A stretch of 64,000 bases of DNA from assembly GCA_050953065.1 (NCBI GenBank), contig JBMNLZ010000002.1, positions 575,748 to 639,747 of the forward strand, written 5' to 3'. The stretch comes from Bacilli bacterium. GTDB taxonomy: Bacteria; Bacillota_I; Bacilli_A; ML615J-28; CAG-698. Position 1 is the stretch's first letter; every line of letters begins with the position of its first letter. The notes under the pieces were generated by a model, which worked only from the letters and a program-made list of their open reading frames with translations, was not told where the DNA came from and ran no database searches. The translations under genes and the position numbers were made by a program. Positions 29,057 to 41,394 of this stretch are shown in pieces.

Positions 29057-29372
29057 TGTATTAGAAAAAAAAGAACGTTATACGATTCTTTTTGATTTTT
29101 ATGAAAAATTATTAACTGAAAAACAAAGAGAATATTTTATAAGTTATTATTTTGATGATTTATCTTTAGCAGAAATTGCCAGTATAAAAGAAGTTAGTAG
29201 AAATGCTGTTTTTGATGGATTAAAGAAAATCTGTGAATTATTAGATTATTATGAAGAAAATTTAAAATTAGCATTCAAATTTGAAAAAATAAATAATTTA
29301 ATTAAGAAATACCAAAACAGTGAAAACAAAGAAGTAAAAGAAATAATAGAAGAAATTAAAAATATAGAGTAG
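29043..29372 (+). CDS. ylxM: YlxM family SRP-associated protein
   Basis: LFDFYEKLLTEKQ..YYFDDLSLAEIA..VSRNAV; lies between ftsY and ffh. Confidence 0.92.
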   Translation: MTMNDVLEKKERYTILFDFYEKLLTEKQREYFISYYFDDLSLAEIASIKEVSRNAVFDGLKKICELLDYYEENLKLAFKFEKINNLIKKYQNSENKEVKEIIEEIKNIE

Positions 29373-29381
29373 GTGAATAAT

Positions 29382-30782
29382 ATGCCTTTTGAAAGTTTAT
29401 CAGAAAGAATTCAAATGGCTCTACGTAGAATTACTGGTAGAGGCAGATTGACTGAAAATGATATAGATGAAATGATGCGAGAAATAAGACTTTCTTTGCT
29501 TGAGGCTGACGTTAACTATAAAGTAGTAAAGAATTTTACCGCTGAAGTAAAACAAAAAGCTTTAGGTGAAAAGATAATGAAGTCTTTATCTCCAGGAGAT
29601 CAAGTAGTTAAAGTTGTTCATGAAGAATTAAAAAAACTTATGGGCGATGAAGCAAGTGATGTGAATTATAAAAAAGATGGTATAAGTGTTTTTGTATTAG
29701 TAGGCTTACAAGGTTCAGGTAAAACTACTCATTGCGGGAAACTTGCTAATCTTTTGAGAAAAAGAGATGCTAAAAAACCTTTATTAATTGCTGCAGATAT
29801 TTATAGACCTGCTGCAATTAATCAATTAGTAACAATTGGTAAGCAACTTGGTGTTGAGGTCTTTGAATTAGGTAATAAAGTCAAACCCCAAGAAATAGTT
29901 ACTAAAGGGTTGAAATATGCTAAAGAAAAAAGTTTTGATTTAGTTATCATAGATACAGCTGGTAGACTACATATAGATGATGTTTTGATGACTGAATTAA
30001 AAGAAATTGAGAGTATTGCTAAACCAGATGAAATGATTTTAGTAATTGACTCAATGATGGGGCAAGATGCAATTAACGTCATAACTTCATTTAATGAAAC
30101 GTTAAAAATAACAGGGTGTATTTTAACTAAATTAGATGGTGATACTAGGGGTGGAGCAGCTTTATCAATTAGATATTTGACAGAGATTCCAATTAAATTT
30201 ATTGGTTTAGGTGAAAAACTAGACCAAATTGAAGTTTTTCATCCAGATAGAATGGCAGGAAGAATTCTTGGAATGGGAGATGTTGTTTCTTTAATTGAAA
30301 AAGCAACGGCTAATATTGAAGAAGAAGAAGCCACTAAAATGGCTGAAAGGCTTCAAAAAGGATTGTTTAATTATGATGATTTCCTTAAACAAATAAAATG
30401 GATTAAGCGTTTAGGATCTATTAAAGGACTTTTAGGTTTGATTCCAGGAATTGGTAGACAAATTAAAAATATGGAAATTGATGAAAAACAATTTAACTAT
30501 ATTGAAGCTATAATTAGATCAATGACTGATGAGGAAAGAAAGAAACCAGATTTAATTACGAAAAACAGTTCAAGAAAAGAAAGAATTTCAAAAGGTTCTG
30601 GTAGATCTTATACTGAAGTAAATAATCTAGTTCAACGTTTTGAGGATATGAAAAAACAAATGGAATCATTTTCTAATATGAATCCAGAGTCTTTAGGAGA
30701 TATGCAAAAACCAAACTTTCAAATGCCTCAAGTGAAACAAAAAAAAGGAAAAGGTAAAAACCGCGGTAATTTTAGAATTTAA
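29382..30782 (+). CDS. ffh: Signal recognition particle protein
   Basis: FESLSERI, GLQGSGKTT, DTAGR, DGDTRGG, RILGMGD, M domain. Confidence 0.97.
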   Translation: MPFESLSERIQMALRRITGRGRLTENDIDEMMREIRLSLLEADVNYKVVKNFTAEVKQKALGEKIMKSLSPGDQVVKVVHEELKKLMGDEASDVNYKKDGISVFVLVGLQGSGKTTHCGKLANLLRKRDAKKPLLIAADIYRPAAINQLVTIGKQLGVEVFELGNKVKPQEIVTKGLKYAKEKSFDLVIIDTAGRLHIDDVLMTELKEIESIAKPDEMILVIDSMMGQDAINVITSFNETLKITGCILTKLDGDTRGGAALSIRYLTEIPIKFIGLGEKLDQIEVFHPDRMAGRILGMGDVVSLIEKATANIEEEEATKMAERLQKGLFNYDDFLKQIKWIKRLGSIKGLLGLIPGIGRQIKNMEIDEKQFNYIEAIIRSMTDEERKKPDLITKNSSRKERISKGSGRSYTEVNNLVQRFEDMKKQMESFSNMNPESLGDMQKPNFQMPQVKQKKGKGKNRGNFRI

Positions 30783-30796
30783 GAAGGATAATAAAT

Positions 30797-32626
30797 ATGA
30801 ATGAGTTCTTAGAACAAATTAATAGTTTAAATAAAAAAACAATAGATGATATTCTTGTAGTTCTTGAAAAGGAAGAAAAAATATATAATTCTTACTATGA
30901 AAAAGAAATAAAAGTCATAGATAAAGGAAATATATATTTTGAAAATCTTGAAAAAGAGATTTCTGACTTAATAAATGTTAGATTAACTAATTATGAAGAG
31001 TTAAAAAAAGTAATAAAAGCAAAAAAACTCGAATATAATAAAGTAGTTGAAGAAAAACTAACAAGCGAATTAGTTGAAAACGAGATTAAAAAATTTCAAA
31101 AAGTAAAAGGAATGTCAATTAAATCAATTATTGAACCTTTGAAAAGAAAAATTCAAGAAGCTGAAAGTCAATTAACTATTTTAGAAAAAGATATAACTAG
31201 CAAAATTAAAGAAATAAAACAGAAAAGAGAAGATGCAAAAAAAACATATAGAGCCAAATCAATTGATATAAAAAGACGTTTTGATAAGGAAGTCGCTAAA
31301 TTAAATAAAGAATTAGATATTAAAACTTTACCTTTAGAACAAGAAATGGCTCCTGAAACAAATAAAAAAAGAATTGCTGAATTGAAAAGAGAAATAAAAA
31401 AAATCCGTTTAACGGGATTAAGTGATGAAAAGAATTTAAAAATTAATAATATAAAAGAAAAAGAAAATCTTGAAAAAGAACATTTGATTTTTAATGAAAA
31501 CTTAGATTTAGATCTTAAATTGTTAGACATTCATAATGAAAGAAGGACTGCTGAACTTAAATCAATTCAAAAAAACTTACAACTTGAAATCGAATGCGAA
31601 GAAGATTTATATGATTTTAAATCAAAAATCAAAAGTTATGAGAATATTAAGGCTAATTATTTTGATAGCATCCAACAAAAAATTTCAATTAAAGAAGAAA
31701 TTAAAGTTTTAAAAAATGATTTATTAGATGCTAAATCTTTAGAAGAAGATGATAAAAAAGCAAAACATTTGGTAGGAAATGAATATTTTATAAAGTTCCA
31801 AGAAAATTTTTTAGAGAATATAGAAAAATTTAGTAATGAGGAATTAACAAAAAGTTTAAATGCGTTTGAAGCGTTGAAAACTTCTTTATTAAAGTATTTT
31901 GAAATCAATTATGCAATTTTAGAAAAAATTTTATTTCAATATTATGATTATAAAAATAAATTTTTGTTTGCTTTATTAGAAGCACTTAAAACAAATATTC
32001 CAAAATTGAAAAGTTTTGGTTTAGAAAAGTTTATTGAAATTTTTGATGTTCAAATTCAAAATACCTTTAAAAAACATAATATGTTTTTGAATGAATTTAA
32101 AATTGAACTAAAAGCATTTTTTAAAGAAATCAGTAAGCATGTAGTTGAAAAATATGAATCATTAATTACTATATATAAAAAATCTATTGAAGATGATTTA
32201 GAAATGATAGCTAAAATGAAAGAATTAAATATTAGTTTGAATAATGAAAATAAAGAAAAGTATGATTTAGGTTTTAATAATAGTAAAAATGAAATAAAAC
32301 TACAAAGAGAAAAAGATGAAAAGGCTCATTTTGATACTATTAAAGAACTTGATTCATTAAAAACTGAATTTGAAAATAGTTGCAGTTTAGAGATTTCAGA
32401 ACAACAAGTTTTAATTGATAGAAGAGAAAAAGAGTTTTTATTAGCTAGAGGAAGCGAAATAATTTCTAAAGGTGATATGATTTTAGAAATTGATAAAAGA
32501 GAGCAAAATATAAAAATAGCCTCTGAAGAAAAAATAAAAGATGCAATCAAAGAGATTACATCTAGATATAAAATGCAAATTACTGAAATTGAAAAAGATA
32601 TAGTTTTAAAAATAAAAATGTTATAA
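30797..32626 (+). CDS. Hypothetical long coiled-coil protein
   Basis: 609 aa, K/E/L/I-rich heptad pattern, AAGGA RBS, no recognisable motif. Confidence 0.7.
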   Translation: MNEFLEQINSLNKKTIDDILVVLEKEEKIYNSYYEKEIKVIDKGNIYFENLEKEISDLINVRLTNYEELKKVIKAKKLEYNKVVEEKLTSELVENEIKKFQKVKGMSIKSIIEPLKRKIQEAESQLTILEKDITSKIKEIKQKREDAKKTYRAKSIDIKRRFDKEVAKLNKELDIKTLPLEQEMAPETNKKRIAELKREIKKIRLTGLSDEKNLKINNIKEKENLEKEHLIFNENLDLDLKLLDIHNERRTAELKSIQKNLQLEIECEEDLYDFKSKIKSYENIKANYFDSIQQKISIKEEIKVLKNDLLDAKSLEEDDKKAKHLVGNEYFIKFQENFLENIEKFSNEELTKSLNAFEALKTSLLKYFEINYAILEKILFQYYDYKNKFLFALLEALKTNIPKLKSFGLEKFIEIFDVQIQNTFKKHNMFLNEFKIELKAFFKEISKHVVEKYESLITIYKKSIEDDLEMIAKMKELNISLNNENKEKYDLGFNNSKNEIKLQREKDEKAHFDTIKELDSLKTEFENSCSLEISEQQVLIDRREKEFLLARGSEIISKGDMILEIDKREQNIKIASEEKIKDAIKEITSRYKMQITEIEKDIVLKIKML

Positions 32627-32637
32627 AAAAAGTGTCC

Positions 32638-33213
32638 TTACGGTTGAACACTTTTATTACTTAGTTTTTGAAGACATAATTTTAATAAATCTTGAATTGG
32701 CAAATTAATATTTGAAATTAAAATTGATTGTAAACCATCTAGTTCTTTTGATTTATAGCCTAAATTTTTAAGGGCTTGTAAGACTTCATCCACTTTTGGA
32801 TTTTTAATAATTTCTTTTTTGAAATCTAGTTTTTTTCTTAAATCAAGAACTATTTGTTGGCTGGCTTTTAAGCCTATTCCTGGGAATTGTTGAAGGTACT
32901 CAATATTGCCTTCTTCAATAGCTGTTTTTAATTCATCTAGTTCGCTAGTTGCAAGAATTGCTAGAGCGCTTTTAGGCCCAATTCCTTTAACTGAAATAAG
33001 TTTATTAAAAAAAGCTCTTTCCTCTCTTGAAGAAAAACCATAAAGAGAGATATTGTCTTCTCTAACATATTGATGAAGATAGACTATTGTTTCAGAGTTT
33101 TCAGTAAATAAGTAAGGATTAGCTGTTTTGAAAGTGTATCCAATGTTATTGTTTTCAATGGTTACAGCCTCAGCTGTTACATTTGTGATAAGACCTTTTA
33201 TATAATCAAACAA
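32638..33213 (-). CDS. ruvA: Holliday junction branch migration protein RuvA
   Basis: YIKG, VREDNISLYGF, LISVKGIGPKSAL, PGIGLK, LKNLGY; TTG start after AAGGAG. Confidence 0.95.
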   Translation of the reverse strand: MFDYIKGLITNVTAEAVTIENNNIGYTFKTANPYLFTENSETIVYLHQYVREDNISLYGFSSREERAFFNKLISVKGIGPKSALAILATSELDELKTAIEEGNIEYLQQFPGIGLKASQQIVLDLRKKLDFKKEIIKNPKVDEVLQALKNLGYKSKELDGLQSILISNINLPIQDLLKLCLQKLSNKSVQP

Positions 33214-33304
33214 ATAATATCACTCCTTTAATAACTGCATTATATCATAATGTATTACAAAAAACAAACACAAGAATATACACTTTTAGAAAGGATTTTA
33301 TAAA

Positions 33305-34300
33305 ATGGAAGATAAAAAGATTTTTGATAATTCTTTACAAGATGATGATAATGATTTAAGTTTAAGACCACAAGTTCTAGCCGAATATGTTGGTCAAAAA
33401 GATTTAAAAGAATTATTAAATATTTTTATTCATACTGCTAAATTGAGAAATGAAACTCTAGATCATGTTTTATTGTATGGTCCTCCAGGACTTGGTAAAA
33501 CTACTTTAGCCCATATAATTGCTAATGAAATGGGTTCAACTATTCATTCTGTAACTGCACCAAGTATTGATAGAATTGGTGATTTAGCAGCTATTTTATC
33601 TACTTTAGAAGCAGGAGATGTTTTATTTATTGATGAAATTCATAGATTACCTAAAATTGTAGAAGAAGTATTGTATTCTGCAATGGAAGATTATGTTATA
33701 GATATAATAGTTGGAAAAGATGCAACTGCAAGTAGTATAAAAATAGATTTACCACCATTTACTTTAATTGGTGCTACAACTAGATGCGGGGATGTTTCTG
33801 CACCATTAAGAGATAGGTTTGGGATTGTTAATCAAATAAATTATTATAATAATCAAGAATTACAAGAAATTGTAAAAAGAACTTCAAAGGTTTTTAAATT
33901 TACTATTGATGATGATGCATCATTAGAAATTGCTAAAAGATCTAGAGGGACTCCTAGGATTGCTAATAGGTTATTTAGAAGAGTTAGAGATTTTGCTCAA
34001 TTTTATGATAAAGATACAAATAATATTGTTTTAGATATTGTAAAAGAATCATTAGAAAAGTTAGAAATTGATGAAATAGGTTTAACTCAAACTGATAGAA
34101 AATATCTTATTTCATTAATTGAAAGATTTTCAGGGGGTCCTGCTGGAATTAATGCAATTGCAGCCTCTATTGGAGAAGATATTGTAACAATTGAGGATTT
34201 CTATGAACCTTATTTATTACAGGAAGGTTTTATTAGCAGAACACCAAGAGGTAGGATAATAACTGAAAAAGGTTATGATCATTTAGGAATTAAAAAATGA
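33305..34300 (+). CDS. ruvB: Holliday junction helicase RuvB
   Basis: [38 protein letters not shown]. Confidence 0.97.
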   Translation: MEDKKIFDNSLQDDDNDLSLRPQVLAEYVGQKDLKELLNIFIHTAKLRNETLDHVLLYGPPGLGKTTLAHIIANEMGSTIHSVTAPSIDRIGDLAAILSTLEAGDVLFIDEIHRLPKIVEEVLYSAMEDYVIDIIVGKDATASSIKIDLPPFTLIGATTRCGDVSAPLRDRFGIVNQINYYNNQELQEIVKRTSKVFKFTIDDDASLEIAKRSRGTPRIANRLFRRVRDFAQFYDKDTNNIVLDIVKESLEKLEIDEIGLTQTDRKYLISLIERFSGGPAGINAIAASIGEDIVTIEDFYEPYLLQEGFISRTPRGRIITEKGYDHLGIKK

Positions 34301-35319
34301 AAGTAGCAGAATTTAATTTTGATTTACCTGAGGAGTTAATAGCACAGTCTCCTATAAAAAAAAGAAGTGATTCTAGGCTTTTAGTTTTAGATAGGGCAAC
34401 TAATAAAATTACTCATCATCATTTTTACGAAATAGTAGATATGCTTTCAGAAAAAGATGTCTTAGTATTAAATAATACTAAAGTTATTCCATGTAGAATT
34501 TTTGGCGAAAAGAAAGATACACATGCAAAAATAGAAATTTTGTTGCTTAAAAATTTAGGCAATGATTTTTGGGAATGTTTAATTAAACCTTTTAGAAGAA
34601 TTCATTTAAATACAAAAATTATAATTAGTGATAATCTAGAAGCAGTATGCGTTGAAAAAAAAGAAGAAGGACTAGTTATAATGAAATTCTCTTATCAAGG
34701 AATTTTTTTAGAAATATTAGAAAGCCTTGGTGAAATGCCACTACCTCCTTATATTCATGAAAAATTAAAAGATAAAAATAGATATCAAACTATTTATGCA
34801 AAAGAATTAGGAAGTAGTGCAGCTCCTACTGCTGGTCTTCATTTTACAGAAGAAATCTTTGAAAAATTAAAGGAAAAGAAAGTAACTTTATGTTATTTAA
34901 CATTAGAAATTGGTTTAGGAACTTTTAGACCAGTAGCAGTTGATGATGTTAGTGAGCATATAATGCATAAGGAAAAGTATTCAATGTCAAAAGAAACAGC
35001 AGATATTTTGAATGAGGCTAAAAAAAATAATAAACGCATTGTTGCTGTTGGAACAACTAGTACTAGGACATTAGAAAGTATTTTTCAAAAATATCAAAAG
35101 TTTGTTGAATGTGAAGAAGAAACTAACATATTTATTTATCCAGGATATGAATTTAGAGCAATTGATGCTTTAATAACAAATTTTCATTTACCAAAATCGA
35201 CTTTAATAATGTTAGTTAGTGCTTTTGCCAGCAAAGAGAAAATATTAAAAGCATACGAAGAAGCAATAAGTTTAAAATATAGATTTTTTTCTTTTGGCGA
35301 TGCTATGTTTATAAAATAG
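34297..35319 (+). CDS. queA: SAM:tRNA ribosyltransferase-isomerase
   Basis: [45 protein letters not shown]. Confidence 0.97.
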   Translation: MKVAEFNFDLPEELIAQSPIKKRSDSRLLVLDRATNKITHHHFYEIVDMLSEKDVLVLNNTKVIPCRIFGEKKDTHAKIEILLLKNLGNDFWECLIKPFRRIHLNTKIIISDNLEAVCVEKKEEGLVIMKFSYQGIFLEILESLGEMPLPPYIHEKLKDKNRYQTIYAKELGSSAAPTAGLHFTEEIFEKLKEKKVTLCYLTLEIGLGTFRPVAVDDVSEHIMHKEKYSMSKETADILNEAKKNNKRIVAVGTTSTRTLESIFQKYQKFVECEEETNIFIYPGYEFRAIDALITNFHLPKSTLIMLVSAFASKEKILKAYEEAISLKYRFFSFGDAMFIK

Positions 35320-35326
35320 GTGAAAT

Positions 35327-36448
35327 ATGAAAGTATTGATAATGGTTGATTCTTTTAAAGGAACTCTAACTTCTCAAGACATTGGAAATATCGTTTCTAA
35401 AAAGTTAAAAAAAGACAATATAAAGTCTTGTATTTTACCGATTTCTGATGGTGGAGAAGGACTATTAAAGACTATTAGTAAACAAAAGAAAGTTTTTGAA
35501 AAGTCTATTTTAGCTAATAATCCTAATTTTGAAAAAATTCAAACTAGATATTTATTTGATAAAGATACGGCATATATTGAAATGGCTGAGATAAATGGCT
35601 TGAATTTAGTTAAAGAAGAACATAGGAAACCTATTTTTTTATCTACTTATGGACTTGGTGAAGTAATTTTTGAAGCTATTAAGAAAGGTGTAGTAAATAT
35701 CGTTTTAGGTTTGGGTGGTTCTGCAACAAATGATGCTGGAGCTGGGATGTTAGAAGCACTTGGAATTAAGTATTATGATGAAAAGAAGACTTTAATAGAA
35801 AAGATCACACCAAGTAAGTTTAAGGATATTAGATATATAGATGATACTAAACTTTGTAAAAATATCAAAAATGTAAGATTCACAATTTTATCGGATGTTA
35901 AAAACCCTTTGCTAGGTTATGAAGGTGCTACTTATATTTATGGACCTCAAAAAGGTTTGCAAAAAGATGAAATGAAAGAAACTGAAGAAAAGGTTAAGTT
36001 TTTCAGTGAATTAATTGAAAATAAAATAAATGAAAAAACAAGCATAATAGCAGGTGCAGGTTGTGCTGGTGGTGTTGGTTTTGCTTGTTTAAGTTATTTA
36101 TCGGATAAAATATATAGTGGAATTGAATATTTACTTGAATCATACGATTTTGATAACTTGATTAAAGAGTATGATTATGTTATAACAGGAGAAGGTGCAC
36201 TTGATAAACAAAGTCTTTACGGAAAGGTTGTAAGTGTAATTACTAAGAAAACAATTGAAAACAATAAAAAAGTAATAATAATTACTGGAAATAATAAATT
36301 GGATGAAACAGATGTTAAAGATTTAAAAGTAGAGCATATTTTTTCAATTGTACCTGATGTAGCAACAATTAAAGAATCATTAGCAAATCCAAAACAAGTG
36401 TTTGAAAAGTTTATAGATAGAATTAAATGGAAAAGTATTATAAAATAA
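35327..36448 (+). CDS. Glycerate kinase
   Basis: DSFKG, SDGGEG, GLGGSATNDAG, DVKNPLLG, GCAGG, TGEG..D.QSLYGK. Confidence 0.93.
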   Translation: MKVLIMVDSFKGTLTSQDIGNIVSKKLKKDNIKSCILPISDGGEGLLKTISKQKKVFEKSILANNPNFEKIQTRYLFDKDTAYIEMAEINGLNLVKEEHRKPIFLSTYGLGEVIFEAIKKGVVNIVLGLGGSATNDAGAGMLEALGIKYYDEKKTLIEKITPSKFKDIRYIDDTKLCKNIKNVRFTILSDVKNPLLGYEGATYIYGPQKGLQKDEMKETEEKVKFFSELIENKINEKTSIIAGAGCAGGVGFACLSYLSDKIYSGIEYLLESYDFDNLIKEYDYVITGEGALDKQSLYGKVVSVITKKTIENNKKVIIITGNNKLDETDVKDLKVEHIFSIVPDVATIKESLANPKQVFEKFIDRIKWKSIIK

Positions 36449-36457
36449 AAAATCCAT

Positions 36458-37174
36458 TTATAATGGATTTTTATTTTTTTCATCTAAAGGTGTAATTTTT
36501 TTCATTAAATATATAAATGGTGTGTCTAGTATAGCTACAAAAAGCTTTAAGATATAAGTTGATATTAAAATGCTAATTAAGATGTCAAAGTTATATACAC
36601 CATAAAAGGCAATTCCAACAAAGATGATAGTATCAACAAGTTGGCTTATTAATGTAGCAACATTATTTCTTACCCATAGAAATTTATGATCTGGTAGTCT
36701 TTGTTTAATTTTATCAAATAAAGTTATATCTAATAATTGGCTTACCACAAAAGCACATAAGCTTCCTAAAACAATTCGTGGTGCAAGTTTAAATACTCCT
36801 TGCAAATGATCTTGAGTTTCTTGATAAACAGGATTAAATAAAAGTGCTAATTGAATAATTAAAGTCGCAGATATTATTGCAAAAAAGGCTAGATAAACGG
36901 ACAGTTGAGCATCTTTTTTCGAGTATTTTTCACTTAAAACATCAGTTGCTAAAAATATAGAACCATAAGTTGCATTTCCTAGAGTGGCTGCTTGAAACCA
37001 AAAAAGGTTTATTACTTTAGTTACAATAATGTTAGCAACGATACTACTCATCACAATCCATGAAAAAAGACCAATTTTTCCAAATAGCTTATATGCTAGC
37101 ACAAGAAGTAAAAAGTTTACAAGTGTAAAAGCAATTGCAAAAAGGCTATTAAATGTAAAAAAAGTTAAAAACAT
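36458..37174 (-). CDS. Queuosine precursor transporter (VUT/YhhQ family)
   Basis: ANIIVTK, FLATDVLSEKY, RIVLGSL, WVRNNVATLISQLVDT, DTPFIY; ATG 37174 after AAGGAG; next to queA and tgt. Confidence 0.9.
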   Translation of the reverse strand: MFLTFFTFNSLFAIAFTLVNFLLLVLAYKLFGKIGLFSWIVMSSIVANIIVTKVINLFWFQAATLGNATYGSIFLATDVLSEKYSKKDAQLSVYLAFFAIISATLIIQLALLFNPVYQETQDHLQGVFKLAPRIVLGSLCAFVVSQLLDITLFDKIKQRLPDHKFLWVRNNVATLISQLVDTIIFVGIAFYGVYNFDILISILISTYILKLFVAILDTPFIYLMKKITPLDEKNKNPL

Positions 37175-37243
37175 AATAAGCTCCTTAAATAAAGATGATT
37201 TGATTATACAACAAGAAAAATAAAAATACAACATTGTAGGTAA

Positions 37244-38373
<1,130 letters not shown>

Positions 38374-38374
<1 letters not shown>

Positions 38375-39225
38375 TGAAAAGAATTTTATTATTAATAATC
38401 TTGTTGTTGTTATTATCTAGTTGTGGGAAGGGTTTAGAAACTATTTCTTCACCTTATAAACTAACCGTATCAGATGAATTTATAGAATATTTCGATTATG
38501 ATTATGACATTCCTAATTTTAAGTTAGAGTTTGATGATACTCTTAACATTATCGCTAATTGGAAAAAAGAAGAAGTGATTTTTTCTAACAATGATGATTT
38601 TAAGGTAAGTGAAATAATTAGTAATATTTTAAATAGTTATGATTATGTAGTATTAGTTTCAGAACCTCAGGAAATGAAAACTACTAAAATGAATAAAATT
38701 GTGAATGGAAAAAGAGAAACTCTAAATTTAGATGTAGCAGATGGTGTTTTATATAATGAACTTGTTTGTGTTAATTTAGATAATGGTTTAAAATTAACTA
38801 TGCAATTTAGAAGATTTGCAAGTGAAGGTATCACATATTATGCTTGGCAATATACAGCAAGTGTTAGAATGATTCTACATTACCCTATTATGGTAATTAA
38901 AAAAGGTGATAAAAATAAACTGATTTTGTTGACTTTACCTAATGGGTTTGCTAATTATACTGTTAATTTTCAACTAGGTGTTGGTAATTTAATTTTTAAA
39001 GATAAATATGCCTATGGAAATTATGATTATAAATTTAGTTATCTAAATGTTGATACGACTAATCCTGAAGCCTTAAATGAAGCCATCAATACAATAAAAC
39101 AGTATTATATTGATAATTATAATGGAATTGAAGAAAATGAAGTTTTTAAATTCAAATATTTAGGTAAAAAATTTTCAATTAAGTTTAACGAAGAAAATTT
39201 TGAGATAGATTATTTAGAAAATTAA
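38374..39225 (+). CDS. Hypothetical lipoprotein
   Basis: MKRILLLIILLLLLSSC lipobox; AAGGAG RBS. Confidence 0.72.
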
Positions 39226-39372
39226 GTCTTTACAAACAAAAAGTGTAAATATTTATTTATTTTTTTATAAGTTTATGATATAATAATAATATATGTCAAA
39301 TAATATTAAACCTTTTATATATATTAAGAATTGGAAAGGAGAATGTTAGAAGCTTTTCTAACAGATGTAATT

Positions 39373-40563
39373 ATGTACGGACAAGAAGCATTTAATGAAA
39401 AACCAGTATTAAAAGTTATTGGTGTAGGCGGCGGTGGTGGGAACGCCGTTAATAGAATGATTGAAAATGACGTTAAAGGTGTTGATTTCATCGTAATTAA
39501 TACAGATGCACAGGTATTAAGAACTTCAAAAGCTGAAATCAGACTACAAATAGGAAAACAACTTACTAAAGGATTAGGGGCTGGAGCAGACCCTGAAGTA
39601 GGTAGACAAGCAGCTGAGGAAAGTGAAGATGATATTAGAGCAATCCTAAGAAGGACTGATATGGTATTTATCACTGCTGGTATGGGTGGAGGAACTGGAA
39701 CAGGTGCTTCACCAGTTGTTGCAAGAATTGCTAGAGAATTGGGTTGTTTAACTGTTGGTATAGTAACAAAGCCTTTCTCATTTGAAGGAAGAAAAAGACA
39801 AACTCAAGCTAATAAAGGTATTCAAGAATTAAAACCTTTTGTTGATACATTGATTGTAATTCCAAATGATAAATTACTACATATGACTGATAAAGAAACA
39901 CCTATGTTAGAAGCATTTAGAGAAGTAGATAATGTTTTAAGAAGAGGTGTTCAAGGAATTTCTGAAATAATTACTATTCCTGGTATCATTAATGTTGACT
40001 TTGCTGACGTAAGAAGCATCATGAAAAATAAAGGTACAGCACTTATGGGTGTAGGAATTGCTAATGGTCCAAATAAGGCAATTGAAGCTGCAAGACAAGC
40101 AATTAGAAGTCCTTTATTGGAAATTGATATTAATGGAGCAACTGATGCGATTGTTTTTATGACAAGTGATGCTAATATTACGATGGATGAAGCCATTTCT
40201 GTTATTCAAGAAATTAGAAATGCTTCAACCTCAGAAATAGAGATAGTCTGGGGAACTGGTATAAACTTTGAAATTGAAGGAGAATTGATTGTAACTGTTA
40301 TTGCTACTGGTTTTGATCAATCTACGATTGATATTGAAACAGAGGAAAATATTATAACTCCTCCAAACTATGGTCCAAGATTATCACCACAACCAGAAAC
40401 AGTAGAAGCGCCACTTGTTACTGAACCTGAACCAGTTTCAGAAGAAAGTCAAATGGAAACTGAAGGAAATCCTTTTGAAGAACCAAAAGAGGAAAAGAAA
40501 GCAAAAGAAGTAAAACCTAAAAAACATATTTTTCCTGCGTGGTTAAGAAGTAAATTTAAATAA
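39373..40563 (+). CDS. ftsZ: Cell division protein FtsZ
   Basis: [33 protein letters not shown]-terminal P.WLR; start uncertain (39343 or 39373). Confidence 0.96.
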   Translation: MYGQEAFNEKPVLKVIGVGGGGGNAVNRMIENDVKGVDFIVINTDAQVLRTSKAEIRLQIGKQLTKGLGAGADPEVGRQAAEESEDDIRAILRRTDMVFITAGMGGGTGTGASPVVARIARELGCLTVGIVTKPFSFEGRKRQTQANKGIQELKPFVDTLIVIPNDKLLHMTDKETPMLEAFREVDNVLRRGVQGISEIITIPGIINVDFADVRSIMKNKGTALMGVGIANGPNKAIEAARQAIRSPLLEIDINGATDAIVFMTSDANITMDEAISVIQEIRNASTSEIEIVWGTGINFEIEGELIVTVIATGFDQSTIDIETEENIITPPNYGPRLSPQPETVEAPLVTEPEPVSEESQMETEGNPFEEPKEEKKAKEVKPKKHIFPAWLRSKFK

Positions 40564-40570
40564 AATATCT

Positions 40571-40603
40571 GAAACGCTTCAATAAAAAAGTTGAAGCGTT
40601 TTC
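40571..40603 (+). terminator. Intrinsic terminator after ftsZ
   Basis: AAACGCTTCAA / TTGAAGCGTTT. Confidence 0.8.
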
Positions 40604-40615
40604 TAATATATTTTA

Positions 40616-40644
40616 TTGACATTTATTTATTAAAGTATTATTAT
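40616..40644 (+). promoter_or_regulatory. SigA promoter of the THF riboswitch leader
   Basis: TTGACA-17 nt-TATTAT, just upstream of the aptamer. Confidence 0.75.
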
Positions 40645-40650
40645 GTAATT

Positions 40651-40742
40651 ACAGAGTAGTTAGCGAGCGTTAAGTGCCTTACTCATGGGAAGTTGGATAA
40701 GGACGAACACTATTTGTGGCGATTTGCTAGCGCATCCGCTGT
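40651..40742 (+). ncRNA. THF riboswitch
   Basis: ACAGAGTAG..GCGTTAAGTG..ATGGGA.GTTG..ACGAA..GCATCCGCTGT matches the THF aptamer pattern; followed by a T run and ATGCGGAT alternative pairing. Confidence 0.92.
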
Positions 40743-40782
40743 CTTTTTTTATGCGGATCTCTTATTAAGGAGGTCTTTTTTT

Positions 40783-41382
40783 ATGAATATGAAATCTAAA
40801 CTTATGAGGATTACTATCCCTGCGATGATGGCTGCAATGTCAGTTGTGCTTGAAATTGCTTGCGCTAAAACAGGTTGGACTAAGGTTACCATTCATGGTA
40901 TTCCTTTAATGTTTACAGGAATTATGTTTGGACCATTAATTGGTTTTTTTACTGGTATAACAGCAGGATTTTTAGCTCAACTACAATATCCACTTAGTAT
41001 TGCTACTTTAATTTATCCTGCTGCATATATAATGTGGGCAGTTATTCCAGGAATACTTACAAAGTTTTTTAAGGATAAGAAATCTATTCAATTTATTGTT
41101 TTAGTAGTTGTATTATCTTCAGTTTGTGCTAATTTAACTAATACTGGTGCTATGATGATAGATGCTTTATTCGTTGATGGGTCTTATTTTACTATAGCTG
41201 GTGTTCTTGCTAAATGGGGAACTAGAATTATAACAATGATAGTTATGCTTATTCCGAATATCTTTTTGCTTGAAAGATTAGTTATTGCTCTTGCACCATT
41301 AGTTATTATTGAAGAAGTTTCGATTAATGATTTTGAACTTTCTATTTTTGATAAAACAAATGAAGAGTTAATTTTAAAATAA
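40783..41382 (+). CDS. folT: Folate ECF transporter S component
   Basis: Hydrophobic; AMMAAMSVVL, GIMFGPLIG; AAGGAGG RBS; downstream of the THF riboswitch. Confidence 0.85.
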   Translation: MNMKSKLMRITIPAMMAAMSVVLEIACAKTGWTKVTIHGIPLMFTGIMFGPLIGFFTGITAGFLAQLQYPLSIATLIYPAAYIMWAVIPGILTKFFKDKKSIQFIVLVVVLSSVCANLTNTGAMMIDALFVDGSYFTIAGVLAKWGTRIITMIVMLIPNIFLLERLVIALAPLVIIEEVSINDFELSIFDKTNEELILK

Positions 41383-41394
41383 AAAAAGAAAACT

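Noticed and set aside
30797-32626. SMC homologue
   Set aside because: No Walker A/B, signature motif or hinge visible
40693-40782. N-terminal extension of folT in the ORF track
   Set aside because: Overlaps the THF aptamer; the real RBS precedes ATG 40783
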